NCBI RefSeq assembly: GCF_964204645.1
Contig: NC_134036.1
Location: 9,403,859 to 9,467,858, forward strand
Length of the DNA: 64,000 nt
Direction: 5' to 3'
From: Tubulanus polymorphus
Lineage: Eukaryota > Animalia > Nemertea
Shown here: piece by piece, positions 50,616 to 64,000 of the stretch
Numbering within the stretch: position 1 is the first letter of the stretch
Layout: the number at the start of each line of letters is the position of its first letter
The notes under the pieces: generated by a model
The model's database searches: none
The model's input: only the letters and a program-made list of their open reading frames with translations
Told to the model about the DNA's origin: nothing
Program-made: the position numbers and the translations under genes

Positions 50616-52328
50616 CACGGAGAAGCGTAGCACAACAGAAGGCGGCAAAGTTCCATTCGGTTCCTTTCTATCCGCACAATACTTACTCGTACTCCTACGT
50701 GGAGTATACATGATTAGTTAACGACGACAGTTCCTCTAAGTAGAATGTGCCTTAAGTCCATCCCATTAGAAGTATCCCTATTCAATCCGGTTCGAATCCC
50801 GGATGAGTGATTTTCTTTTTAGGATCAAAATCGTTATAATTCCTCATTTTTCAGATGTCTCCTGGTTTTTGCTAGAAATCCTCCTTTGATGACCGAAAAG
50901 TGATAACAATAAGAGTGAAATTCGATATATCTATTTCATTCATTTAAACATTTCTGAGGTACTGCCTCGATTTTTCAACACGATACTTTTTCACGATTCT
51001 TTGTATGTCTTTGATTTTCTCAGCGACTAGCATTATTTTCCAGGCCGGTAAGTACGTTTTAAATGCGGCGCGAATCGCCTTCACCTCATCGGTCGTGTAT
51101 CTGGTTCGCTTTCTTACGCACTGCAAAATAAAATGGATAAGAATGATCCTGGAACTTTCTTGGTTGGCGAAAACAAATAAAAATGAACTTACCACCGATA
51201 CATCGGTTGTACTTGATGAGGCGGTTACATTCTGTTCTCCATCTGAACTGTCATGTTCGACATCTTCGGTTGGTTGACCTCGTTCGACATCTTCGGTTGG
51301 TTGATCTCGTTTGACATCTTCGGTTGGTTGACTTCGAGATCTTTGGTGCCGACATCTGTGCCTGTGTCTACCGGGGGCACTCGTTCCAGCCTCCGATTCG
51401 ATTCTAGCCTTTTTCTTTAACACACCTGTTTCGAGCTGACAAAAAGAAAGAACTGGTTATGCTTGGTAAAACAAAATTGTGTCTATTACAGCCAATATGC
51501 CTACCCCGAATGTCCGTTTAACTGCCTTGCTTACATCGATGGTCCCCTTGTGGCCATCCTTCAGGTTGTAAAAGCTACATGCGGTCTTTTCGCTGTGCAG
51601 CATATAGTGGGACAATTGTTTTCGCAATTCCGGATTCTTGTCCGCCATAGCAGTCATGATAGACTTTTGGATGATCGCAGGAGTCACCTGTCTTTTGCCA
51701 ATTGTTGACTTCACGTACTGATGTAATGGTCTGAACATATCATGAATAATTAGTTGCTGAATTTCATTTCCTAAAATGATTGATAAAATTACTGACCGAT
51801 TGAGGTAATGGGATGGTGGAAGACCTCCCTCGTAGTTTCGCCAAATCTTTTTGTCCGGTTCTTTGGCGTATCGCTTGGCGAATGATCTAAGAAATGCAAA
51901 TGGTACGGATTCAAGATGAATCAAACCGGCTCCGTACTTTGCCGTTGTCTTGTGCGGTAAAACCTGAAAACGAAAATAGATAATAATCCCTGAATAGTTC
52001 AGATACTTTGAACAATGAATGGGCTATACTTTGATCGTATATGTACGGTCAGCATCTTCCTTTCCATCGTTTATTGTGCTAGATGTTATGCCTATGGCAA
52101 GCGAAGGGCGGCTCGCTCCTAGTGCTGTAACCACGAACAAGAGAAAGTTCCGTACTGTGTAGTATTCCTCTGCATGCAGTGAAGCCGTCCCTTTCTGCAA
52201 AAGTTCTACTGCCGCTTTCGATGTTTCAGATTGCAGTATTTTCTTCACATCGTCACCGTCAAGCAGTAGTTCTACAAAAAAGATTAAACATGTGTTAACA
52301 GGAAAAATTCATCCTTAGTTCTTGCATG

Positions 52329-52386
52329 CAATGTATGTATGTATGTATGTACGTATGTATGTATTTATGTATGTATGTATGTATGC
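52329..52386. repeat. (ATGT)n microsatellite in YR intron
   Basis: atgtatgtatgt... Confidence 0.9.
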
Positions 52387-52584
52387 CCACTTTGCTGCTT
52401 GTCATGGACTTCGTGCTGCCTAGCTTTTGAATCCTTTCGTAACTTCTGGGTGTACGTAGCTAGACGCATTTCGACACGATTCAATGTGTGTTGTCGAATA
52501 CCCGATACCTTGTGTCCACGCTGGAAATCAAAAGTTTCATCAATATGTAGCATGTTATGTCGGGTGTGCCGGATTTCTTACTTG

Positions 52585-52760
52585 ACGGTGCACACGTGAC
52601 GGGAAGTAGACAGTGCACACGGGAAGGAAAGTAGACGGTGCACAAGGGAAGGGCTAGGGTGAAAATTTTTCCAAGAAGACGGTGCACAAGGGATGGGAAG
52701 TAGACGGCGCACAAGGGAATTGAAATAGACGGTGCACAAGGGAAGGGTTTTAGGTGCAAC
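52585..52760. repeat. Intronic GTAGACGGTGCACAAGGGA repeats
   Basis: About 6-7 imperfect copies. Confidence 0.8.
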
Positions 52761-53669
52761 ATCCTAGAGGGAGTAGAGGGAGGTCCATGCATTAATACTC
52801 ACATCGAGAATGAATTGGATTAATCAATTCTTTATGGTATGAACATAGGCCTTCAGTGACCCCGGGGTGTTACCGCTGTCTTTTTCCGCTTCCAACAAGT
52901 CGACTACGTTTTGAGGCTTTAGTTTGCCATTGCAAAAATTTAGCAACTGGCAACTATCGCGCACATAAGCCTCTGAAGTTTTCTTCTCCTCAGCCATTGG
53001 GCGAAGCCATTGTAGGAATTCCTCATCAAAATCTATCAGACAAATAAGAAATAGGTCATCACGAAAAAACACAAGAGTAAAATATGTAGGACTTACCCTT
53101 TTCATCGGATGGACTTTCATCATTCGTTTAACATTGTGTTCCTCTTTCTCTTCTTCCTCCTCTTCACCACTTTCCTCAGTCACCTCACCCTCCTCCACAT
53201 TACTTTCATCTGCCTTCTCTTCTCCATTGCTTTCATCTCTATCTTTGGGACTAGTTTCTTCCACTTCTGAATCAGAATCTTTCACTTCCGAATCTGAATC
53301 TTTCACGGAATCACTGCTCTGATCTAAAGATAAAAACGAAAGACATGGTAATTCGATAACTTGTTCATTCGCAAAGTCAATAGCATCTGATGTTACCTCG
53401 CGATAGACATTTAGAATGGCTTGAAGTAAATCCGCATTTTCTACACTGAACCATTTATCTCCGCTTGTTATATGGGGCTAGGGTCTTGTATTGCGTCTTT
53501 GTGACGTCTTCCTCTATTCTCCGATTCCAGTTTCTGGATCGAACACGCCCCCACTTGTGGCCGACCCTGAGGTGTTGTGGCATGTGTGTCTTTGGCCGCG
53601 TGCAAACGGGGCAAGCATGTTTGCGCCGCTGTAGAAATAAAGAACGTGAAAATGTATGAAAAATAAGCA

Positions 53670-54115
53670 GAGGGTGCACAAAGTTAGGGTTAGGGAAGAT
53701 TTCTAAGTAGATGGTGCGCAAGGTTAGGGTCAAACGGTGCGCAAAGGCCACTAAGTGTCCACAAGGTTAGGGTTAGTAGTTCAAGTTTCAAAAAGAATGT
53801 GCATAAGGCTAGGGAGTAAACGGTGCACAAACGCCGGGAGCTAATATCAGTATACGTTGCACAAGGGTAGCGAGTTAGGGTAAAAAGGTGCACAAGGTCG
53901 GGGTTTGTGAGGTAATGTAAGTATAAGGTGCACAAACGCCGGGGGCTAATATCAGTGAACGGTGCACAGGGGTAGGGGGTTTTGGATTAAAAGGTGCGCA
54001 AGGTCCACTGAGTGTGCACAAGGTTAGGGTAAGTAGTTTCAGTAAGTAGAAGGTGCACAAAGTTAGGGTAGGGATTTCGGGTTAGGAGGTGCACAACGTT
54101 CAACGATTAGAGGGC
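53670..54115. repeat. GGTGCACAAGGTTAGGGT repeat array
   Basis: About 13-14 imperfect GTGCACAA units interleaved with TTAGGG motifs. Confidence 0.8.
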
Positions 54116-57100
54116 CAGTCCATGGATAATAATAATATATCTACGCACTTTTATGCCTTTTGATCCTTTTTTCGGTTTGTATCGTATTCTTGGTCGACCC
54201 TGTTGACTCGTTTTCGGCTGGCTTTTTCGGCGTGGATGTCATTATTACCATTTTTGAAAGTCCGGCTATAAACGTATTTACATAATCTTAATTGATTTCT
54301 ATAATGCAATATTAGGTAACGGTTATTCACGAATACAAGCTGGAAACACTTAACAAACTAATCTTCAAGCATAAAACTTCAAATAGTTATTAGATCAGAA
54401 AATGAAACGAGAAAGTGTTAGAATCGCATTCAATTCGCGTACCGATCAACTCGTTTTGCAGCATTTTATCGCGCATTCGCTCCATCACTGAAAATAAGTG
54501 CCATTTATTATGTTCAAGCGCATTACAAAAAAGTAAGTTCCTACAGTGGAATATGATGTTACTTACGATCCTCGTCTCCATTAGTATATTGCTCCTCGAG
54601 CCTGGCAAGTGCCGACGCAATATTTGGGTTTACGTCTGTTACTGCAAACAAGCAAAGTTTTTTCAAGTTAGATTTGCACAAAAGCCAAAAGTACAAAAAA
54701 GTCATGTAAACGTCAAATGAACTGGCGTGGCGATTATTTCGCAAACACGAGGCTGCAAATTCTAAGAAACCACAGCAATACCTTCTGATAAATAGACATA
54801 ATACTAATAACCACTTGAAATTCTCATGTACACATTTTCTCAACCTTAACTGAATAAACTTAAAATACTATGGAAGAAGCTAAACTTGCCTCTTCCTTTA
54901 AACAGAACTTTTCAGAGTTCCTAAACATTTTCAATGTTTTATCAATCAACATATTATACTCTAAAGTAGGAATTAGAGGGCACTTGACGTTTAACATTGT
55001 TTCTTAGATTATGTTGCAAAGCATCCTGTAATGCTAGGTTTCCAAGTAACCGAAAAACCCAGTTTTTTCATCATCTGAAAGCGAAGCCGCATGTCAGGCG
55101 TTTACATTCATATTATGTGAAAGCAGTCACCCGTCTTAACACCTGCAGATGCAGACGACATGTTTGTAGCCATAGCAACACAACAATGGACAGGTTGGTG
55201 AGTTTCCATGACAACGAGTAAAGTAGGTTCCGCGACGGGCTTTCCAAGACAAGTCCACGAAATGTATAGAGGTAGAGCGAGAATATTAAGATGGAATAGC
55301 AAGTGGTGTGGGCGAGTGGTTTCGTTCCCACGAAGAGATCTTTTCCTCACGTACGTACAGACAATGCTAAGAATAAGAGACCTTGAAGTTTCGCGTAATT
55401 GTTGTGACCTTTAAGGAAATCAATATTATTCGGTGGCCGCGAACAAATCTATTGCGCGCGATCACGATCTTCAGCAAGACGTGGAATCATCCTCGCTAGA
55501 CACGATAGTTAAAATATCGGAGTGTATCATGAATTGGTTGTCTTTGAAACGATTCCAGTTGCTTTAATGGGTATCATTTGTTAATGTAAGTAAAGAATTA
55601 CGTTTGTGGCCGTTAATGGTGTATGTTTGCTGCATGTTGACCCAATAAATGTAAAAATACGACTGAATTTGTTTACTTACTTCCGGGTTCGCTGAAACCC
55701 GGAAATATTTCCACTTCAAATTCTTAACTCAGACCGCGGCCTATATTGAAGTAATTCTGTTAAGATGTCAACCCATAATGAAAAAAAGATTCGTATCAAC
55801 AGTTAACCGCATTCACCTTCAGGCCTAGCTCATCGATGGGCCTATTTCATGTATAGAGTGCAAACTCAGATAATTTGACCCGTCCCAGGCTAGTAAATTC
55901 CCTCAGTTATTTGTTTTTTCGGGGCAGTCGAAGCAGGGATGGGTTGTGACCACAATGAATTGTAGTAAGAGTTGTAATATTGTCAGGTAGGCCTAGAGAG
56001 TGGGCGATAATCTGATAATCTGTGGCAATCGACGCCGTGCGATTATAGTCAATCTAGGCCTAAAGCCTCCAGTACATTTCGTAAGCCCTATCATATTATA
56101 TATTACAGGTTTTTTTTAAGACAGCAAATGTTTTTCAAAGGGGACAGACAAAGCTATTCAAGTAAGTTTAATCGATCGCCATTCTCATAACAATACAAGC
56201 ATGAAAGCCCTGCTCGCAAGTAGAACAATATCTGTAAATAATTTTTATGACTTTTTAGTGTATTATTTATTGAAAAATCTTGTTATTTCAGATTTACCGC
56301 CTCGTATCGGAGACGATATTTTTGAAAAAAATCCGCACTGGCATTTACGGACAGTTGGACTACGCTTATTCGAATTAGTTGCATAAAGTGCCGAACTAGT
56401 GTCGTACGTTGGATATCGTGATTTGAACAATTCACGAACATCTCTAGAGCAATACTAAGAATAAGCTTCGCGCACTCATCGTGACCTTTTAGGAAATCGA
56501 TATTTTTTGGTATCGAAGAAGGGGTTGCGGTTAAAAGTGTTTCATTGCTTTCATCTGCCAACTGCATGTCACTTTTCGCTGATTTTCTCCTAGAGCCTGT
56601 TAGATTGATTGAAAGAACATTCAACTCATTAGATAAAAACTTAAGGTACAACCCAGTAATTATTGTAAATAAAATTTATATGGTGCAGCTTGCACGAGCG
56701 TACTTTAAAAACTGTTAATGCAACTAACATTTTGTAATATTACAATTTAAAACATAAAGGTATCAGCATTTTTTGCTTTTAATTAATTATATATAAGGTA
56801 ATACATGTATTTAGTTTGACGCAATTTGTCTATTGTGAAACAATGATTTCAATAAATTCTATGTCTACCACTTGCTGAAAATGGAATAGTTTTAAATTTG
56901 TTGGTATGTTGCATGCAGAGGAAATTAAATGATTAATTAGGCAAAAGAAAAATTAACCAGTCTGTCATCAGATAGAAATTGTTAGTGATAATTCGATATT
57001 TCACCATGTCAAATGCTACCACTTTTGGAACCCTATTTTGACTAACAATTGTCCTGTAACAAACTTCAATTTCACTCAAGGACAGACTCAAGTTAGTTTG

Positions 57101-58109
57101 AAAATGAACTTTGAAATAGTCAAGAAACTCACCTTTATAATACAGCTGTCAGAACCACACTTCTTTTACAAAAACTTTATCCTGAGACTCATTTCCTTTC
57201 ACTTATTGTAAATAATTTATACACAGGGTACCCATAATATACGATATGTTAGAGGAATATTTCGATCCAGATACATTCTTTATGAATAAAATTACCATCC
57301 TGCTATAAATTTGATCCAAGAACCCCAAGTAACCTTTCTTGAATTAGATGGCTAAGAAAGACAGTCATATATAATTTTTGAAAGGTTTTTATTGAAACAA
57401 CAATATGAATTGAAAATGATGGATGTATAAAAGAAAAAAAACAGTCAACATATGTAAAATTAGAGAATTGATCAACTTGAATTTTTATCAACTAGTCTTT
57501 AACAAACATTCAATGGAACATTGTCAAAATAAACTTCACAGCAATTAACAAAATTGATCGGTAAATTGACTGTCTGCTATAACGAGCAGTATTCCTTTTA
57601 TTGCGAATTATATTTTTCACAAACTATTATACACCGGAGTTTGTTAGAACAACAGTTCCATTGAATTTACAATCTTTCAAATACAATTGACTTGATTTTT
57701 TGGCATTATTTCACAAGGTTACCACCAATTGCGGAATTAAGAAATCATTGCCAATCTTTGCCATAAGTCATTTTTAATTATCAGAGCAACTTTCCAAAAT
57801 CATAATCAGGGTAGAGTCATAATGTAATGAACAATAGAAAAAAATATCAACATCTAATACAAAATGCTGCAGAATCACTTACTATGAAGCTTAGCCATTT
57901 TTTCTTTAAATGATATTTTTTTCCTCGCTGTACCATAGTAGATCTTTCTTGCAGAACCCAACATGCTGGTAACCTTCCCAGCTACCCTGCCCCAGGGCTC
58001 GCGGTCTACTGCTTTCTGACCTACAAAAATCAATTACACAATATATCAATGTATGTTCTAACTATAGGCCTAAAAATTTCTTTAAATCCATTGACTTACC
58101 CCTGTGTTC

Positions 58110-58680
58110 AACAATTACTGAATCCCTTCAATGATTACGACTAGGTTTGACGATTACAACTTCGTTCAACGATTGCGACTCGTTTAACGACTACGACTCT
58201 GTTCATCGATTACGACTCCGTTCAGCAACTACGCTTCCGTTAAACGATTACGACTCCATTCAGCGACTACGACTCCGTTCAACAATTACGACTCCGTTCA
58301 GCGACTACGACTCTGTTCAACGATTACGCTTCCATTCAGCGACTACGACTCCATTTAACGATTGCGACTCCGTTAAACAATTACGACTCCATTCAGCGAC
58401 TACGACTCCGTTCAACGATTACGCTTCCATTCAGCGACTACGACTCCATTTAACGATTGCGACTCCGTTAAACGATTACGACTCCATTCAGCGACTACGA
58501 CTCCGTTCAACGATTACGCTTCCATTCAGCGACTACGACTCCATTTAACGATTGCGACTCCGTTAAACGATTACGACTCCATTCAGCGACTACGACTCCG
58601 TTCAACGATTACGCTTCCATTCAGCGACTACGACTCCGTTCAACGATTACTGAATCCCTTCATCGATTACGACTCTGCTC
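58110..58680. repeat. 19-bp minisatellite with 95-bp higher-order repeat
   Basis: Monomer CGA(T/C)TACGACTCC(G/A)TTCA(A/G); five-monomer unit repeated three times at 58321-58605. Confidence 0.95.
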
Positions 58681-60689
58681 AATCCTTTATGACGAACCCG
58701 ACTATGTTGAAAAACAAATCTATTCCGACTATGACAAATACATCTACAATTACAAAAATGTACCAATAGTTATTACCATTTGGAGGCCCGAGAGACCTCA
58801 AATGCAAAGGACCTAGGCCTATACATTAATCAAACTACATGTATTTGATTTGGTAATTTTACAAGGTCGAAAAGCCGTAAAAGGCTTATACTATATGAAA
58901 TAGACAGACTTGATAAGCGCCAAGGAACGAGAAACTATAGTAGACGATAGAGGCCTATCACTCGCCCACCTAGACTGCAACAATTTCTAGTTTAGGCCTA
59001 TATAAGTGTCATTTTTGCTGTCTATGAGAATGGGTTGTTTTGAAGTTGAAGACATATCACTATTAACACATAAAAGCTCCTGCGTTAAACATAACTCTGT
59101 CGAATAAAATTTAATTTTGCTTGATTTTGAAAACCATCTTAATTTTCACTTCTTTTTTAACAAGGACACAATTTCACTTGAATAGAATGAAATCTAATTG
59201 ATCTCAATCAACTGTTTAAAAAACTTAACAGTAGAAATAAGCAGTTTAGTGACTATGTGCAATGTAAAAAGACGAAACGTAATACGATTATTATGGGCGC
59301 CAAAAAAATTTTTAATAATTGTGCAAATTTACAGACGAGTGTCACTTTTTTGACATTATACAATGACAAGAGACCCATAAAAGTACATAGTTATAGAAAC
59401 TACATACTAATATCTAGTTCGTCACATTTTGTTTTTTTAAGTTAGGCCTGTTGTATGGATAGAAATCGCACATTTGTAGCGGAAAATGTCGAAAATTTTA
59501 TTTCCGGGTTACGAAATTCAGGATTGACAAAAAACGAGAATGTTAATAGAAATTCCGAAAATTCTACGAACTAGTGGCGGATGTTTACTAAAAATCTAAT
59601 CCTATTAGGTTCGAATCCCACATTTACTGACGATGTATTCGGAGCACTCCCGAGTCACTCCAAGTCTATATCTCACAGCATTAGCACAAAATGGCGCGAA
59701 GCTCAGTGCGCGATATCGATTAATACGATCAATAATTAAAGTTGGCGCGATTCGTATTGTCTGTACGTACGTGTCCTTAAACAAATATCAATTTTTCACC
59801 GGGTCTCCGTTAAACCTGCTACTGGTCATCGGAAATACGAACCATACTTCTTTCGTTTTTTTCCCTGGAACCAATTCTACAATTTATGTAAAAAAGCCAC
59901 ATAACCGTAATCATTTGCTCCCTAAATCACGCATCCGCCTTAAACTGCTCATCCACTCTGCATATGAACGTATTCACCTGTGGGATTCTGAAGATTTCAT
60001 GTTTTCTTCTAGGACTCTCTTGTAAACGTCATCGTGAATCCTGGACGTGCAGGTGTTCAAGTGAAATTCATGTGGATTGATATCAGTTCTACATATCGGT
60101 CAATTTACCGGACTATTAGTGAACTAACCGGACTACACGTGAACTAACTGCACTTGTGGAATAGCCGAATTATGTGATCTTGATCTTGTGATCACTAATA
60201 GTCAACTTACCAAACTTCGTTAATTGATACTCGCAAAAATGGTCAGCGGTGGACTCTTTGAAGGTTGGGAACTCAGTGTGTGTATTTGTGGAATTTGGTG
60301 AATCTTTAACTCCTAGACAAGACAGGAGACGTGTGTGAGTAGAATTTCTTTTGGACTTTAAAGAAATCAATCATGAGCAAGCAGTTATCTATTAAAACCT
60401 AAGTGTTTGCTGAATTTCAAAATTCTGAATTGTAAATTGAGTTATTTGCAGCAGCCTGTAATTGTGTTGCGGGAATTGTAATATGGGGATTTAGTAAGAG
60501 CATCAATTTCTATGTAAAATAGAGTATTTGGCAACATTAGGTTAACAATTATATCTGATCCAAATCATTTTGATCAAAATTTGTGACGAAAATTAGCGGG
60601 TCAAAACAGGAAATCCAGAATATCGAATCGTAATATCAAATCGAAAAAAACTAATTGCATATTCGTTATTATTGGAATCTCTCATCACT

Positions 60690-63350
60690 ATGATGAATGA
60701 GCAGCAGCCTTTCTAGCTTTACCTTTGTCCTTGAGCTTGTTGATGCGTTCGGCTTCGAAGGATACGACAGCATTATGTCAGTGGGTGCGTCAGAGCAATC
60801 TGTCCTGGGCAGAACGTTCCCATGTCTCAAGTGTCTATACCACTGGCTTTGAGTTGACGCTTGAGTGAGTCCTTGAAGCGGAGGCGTGGGCGGCCAGTGT
60901 TACGGCAGCCATGACGCAGTTGGCTGTATAGAAGGGCCTTGGGTATCCTGCTATCATCCATCCGTACAAGGTGACCGCACCAGCGGAGTTAAGCTTTCAT
61001 GATATTTGCCTCTACGCCAGTACAGCCACATCTCTCAAGCACGGTTGTGATCGGTACATAGTCCTGCCTTTTTATTCCACAGATGCGCCTTAAGCAACGC
61101 ATGTGGAAGCTATCAAGCTGCTTAATGTGTCGCTTGTAGATTGCCCAGGTCTCGCAGCCAAATAGCAGAGATGAGAGTACTGTCGCTTGGTACACTTGGA
61201 TCTTGTTAGACAGTCTGATGCCATGATCATTCCAGAGTCTCTTATTGAGTCTGCCGAATGCAGTGCTGGCTTTGGCAATGCGTATGGCAATATCTGCATC
61301 AAGGCTTGCATCATGACCCATGAAGCTGCCCAAGTAGCAAGACAATCAAGACAATCTACTGCATTCAGGGTGTGACCATCGACGGTAATGGCTGGTGGTA
61401 CATAGGGCTGCCCTGGGGCTGGCTGGAACATCGCTTCAGTCTTGGTGAGGCTTGTAGTCAGTCCAAATGCTTTTGCTGCTGCAGTGAACCTGAAGCTGGA
61501 TGTCTTCCGGGGTGTGAGCTGACAAAGCGCAGTCATCAACAATAAGTAGATGGCGAATGATCATCTCGAACACCTTTCGTTTAGCAGAGAACCGACGGAG
61601 ATTAAACAGTTTGCCATCGGTTCGAACTTGCAGGAAGACACCCGTGTCCAGGTCTTTAAAGGCATGGTGTAACATCAGTGAGAAGACAATCCCAAACAGG
61701 GTTGGGGCTAGGACACAGCCCTGTTTGGTACCGTTTCTTATTGGGAAGCCTTCGGAGGTTGAGTCACGGAAGGTTTTCCAGGCATCTTCAATTGTGTTAG
61801 ATGCTTCTATGTCTTCAAGGGATGCGATATTGTTCTGAAGGGCTGTGCGCTTTTCTTCATCCTTCAGGACCTCTACGCCTAACTTCCTTGCTGCAGTGTT
61901 ACGCTGGTGACGCTTGGGTTTCGCTGTCCGTGGGAGTTTGACATTGCTTCTAATGAGAAGGTGATCGGACCAACAACCACTGCCGCGCAGCGCTCGGGTT
62001 ATGCAAACATCCTTTAGGTCTTTTTGCCGTGTGATGATGTGGTCAATCAGGTGACAGTGTTTAGACCTTGGGTGCATCCAGGACGCTTTGTGTTTTTCAG
62101 GGAGCTCAAAGTAAGTATTCGTCAAGGCAAGACTATGCTGAGAGCAGGTGGAGAGTAGGAGTGTACCATTGGTGTTCGAGTGGCCGATTCCATGATGGCC
62201 CAGTTCCTTAGGTCATGTGGCATGATCACGTCCAACTCATGCATTGAAGTCGCCCATGAGAAATAATCTGTGGTTTTCAGGGGTTACCATGATTATTCTG
62301 TTTAGCCCATCGTAGAACTCCTCTTTGGTGTCCTCGCTGTGCATCATTGTGGGTGCATATGCGCTCACAACGGTCATGTTATGCGAGCCCGACTTTATGC
62401 GTAGTACCAATAGACGTTCAGATATCCCTTCTGGGGCTATCTCTAGGTCTTTCATCAAGTCGGTTCTGATGGCAAAGCCAACTCCAGCATTCCTTGGGGT
62501 ACCCTCTGGTAGACCTTTCCAGTAGAAAGTGTAGCCAGAATCTGACAGCTTGCCTTCCCCACTAAATCTCGTTTCACTTAGTGCTGCGATGTCGATACCA
62601 TACTTTTCTAGTGTTTTAGCAATGATCGCTGTTCTGCGTTCTAACTGACGATCATTGTCGACTACTAGTGTTCTGACAATACATTCCAAGATGCGAAATA
62701 TAGTTTCTTCTGACCGTTTCTACCGCATGATTGGATTACTAACCAGGCGCGGCTGCCTGATAAGTTTAGGTGTGACAGGCGATGTTTGAGACATCTTTTC
62801 TAGTCTCTTCCTCATTCAAGGAGAGCAGCGTTAATCCTAAAGAGGCCTGCTCTTGACATCTGGACAGGATACGAATCTGTCACGATTCTTGGCTGAGCGA
62901 CCATCCTATCCAGATCGCCTTACGTGTATAGTCTTGCCTTGTAGCTTCCAGCAGTATCCTCCACCTGCTACCGTCAGTATTTCTCCATCGCCGAAGGACT
63001 TGTGAAAAAAAGCTTTGAGAAGCTGTTGACCTGCACGTATTGTAAGTGGGTGTTGTTTGTGCAGAGCAAGACCCACTCTCACGCCTGCAGCAGTCATGCT
63101 CCATCTGGTGCCACTGGGACCACAAGCTGGAGGCTGGAGCAGATTCAGATCAATTGCCTTGTAGCGCTTAAGGATTTGATCTATCCTGGTTTTGAGGTCG
63201 GTGATGTCCTTCACTTAGGAAGGCTGCCATTATCCTTCCTGTCCGGGTTTGAAATCAGTGTTTTCCGTCACCTAGGAAGGCTGCCATTATCCAAGGCTGC
63301 GACCCCTCCCTGCCCTGGGAAGATGCCTTGCAGGGCTTATGGTCCCTTAC
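60690..63350 (-). mobile_element. RTE-clade LINE, decayed, with internal deletion
   Basis: APE (IDIAALSETR, GVGFAI, SAYAPT, GDFNA, WMHPRSKH..IDHI, SDH); RT (GTKQGCVLAPTLF, xDD, YLGS, LLFGCETW, FHMRCLRRI); sequence jumps from post-APE linker to mid-RT near 61755; 5' UTR with AAAACACTGATTTCAAACC. Confidence 0.92.
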
Positions 63351-64000
63351 CAGAACATGTTTTTGAATAACGTTATTAGCAATGTCTCTATTGGAACCGC
63401 TGGACCGTAAAAATGTCTCTCTCTCTATCTACGTCTCCGCTACTGCCGCTTCTGCTACTCATTTCAGCGAGTCGAAAATACTTCAAATATTTTGCAGTAA
63501 AAATACGTGCGTAAATCAACTGAAGAAAAAATGATTAAGCAACCGAAATTCACGTGTTTGCAGTTATCCTCGTTTAAGTTTGTTCACTGATTGCTATATA
63601 TGTTATGAGGTCATCTTATCATCGAAGCTCATACACTCGACAAAAGCGAGTTAAATACGCGCGGAAATATTCAAATCCAAATTTCCAATTTAATGAATAT
63701 TCATCGTCAAACATGAATTTTTTTCTGTATATGATCGCCAATATACTTTATGATCAAAGATTCCAAACACCCATATAACATTGTTAAGTGTTCGGAGATT
63801 TTTGAAACGTTGGATTCTAATCAATTTTGAATCCATAGCTGCGTAGAAAGGAGCGTTGTTATGAAACGTGTTAATAAAATAATTTGATCACAATAAAGTT
63901 TTTGATATTTGCATTTTTACTACCACCTAACTATACTGGACGCGCTTCCGAAATTGTATTTCACGCTACTACAATTACGCAGGTCCCATGCTGAAAGTCA

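Larger units (their letters stand above)
50944..53751 (-). pseudogene. Multi-exon zinc-finger tyrosine recombinase (Crypton-like DNA element), decayed
   Basis: Exons: CPVC..PQHLRVGH finger; acidic tract; TPGSLKAYVHTI; VRNFLL..GASRPS (R); VLPHKTTAKYG (K); PAIIQKS (degenerate xxRK); MLHSEKTACSFY (H, Y); basic C-tail; canonical GT-AG junctions. Confidence 0.78.

Noticed and set aside
53670-54115. Telomere or interstitial telomeric array
   Set aside because: TTAGGG occurs at most twice in a row within a longer repeat unit
54390-56651. Several 60-120 aa ORFs, possibly decayed exons or cargo upstream of the YR gene
   Set aside because: No recognisable domain by eye; needs a profile search
58147-58548. 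133-aa repetitive ORF
   Set aside because: Translation of a 19-bp minisatellite

Overview
Repeat-dense, AT-rich eukaryotic DNA, most likely from an invertebrate animal: it has spliceosomal GT-AG introns, a class A GPCR, LINEs and Polinton/Maverick relics, and no prokaryotic operons, rRNA, intact tRNA or CRISPR. The only clear host gene is an intronless rhodopsin-family GPCR (36572-37519, -). The rest is nested mobile elements. Retroelements: a decayed L2-type LINE, a 1.9-kb non-autonomous LTR element with PBS/PPT/TSD, a nearly intact Ngaro-type tyrosine-recombinase (YR) retrotransposon, an RTE LINE and a Bel/Pao scrap. DNA elements: several MITEs, Helentron-type HINEs, relics of at least two Polinton lineages, and P, MULE and EnSpm transposase relics. 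The most notable signals are (i) two divergent, convergently oriented, intron-rich genes with a C2H2 zinc finger + YR architecture and no RT (44.3-46.1 kb +, 50.9-53.75 kb -), a candidate poorly described family of Crypton-like DNA elements, and (ii) the Ngaro element's 259-bp flanking duplication and its 3' array of four hairpins with a constant loop and co-varying stems. All calls come from reading motifs by eye; no database searches were run, and boundaries of decayed elements are approximate.
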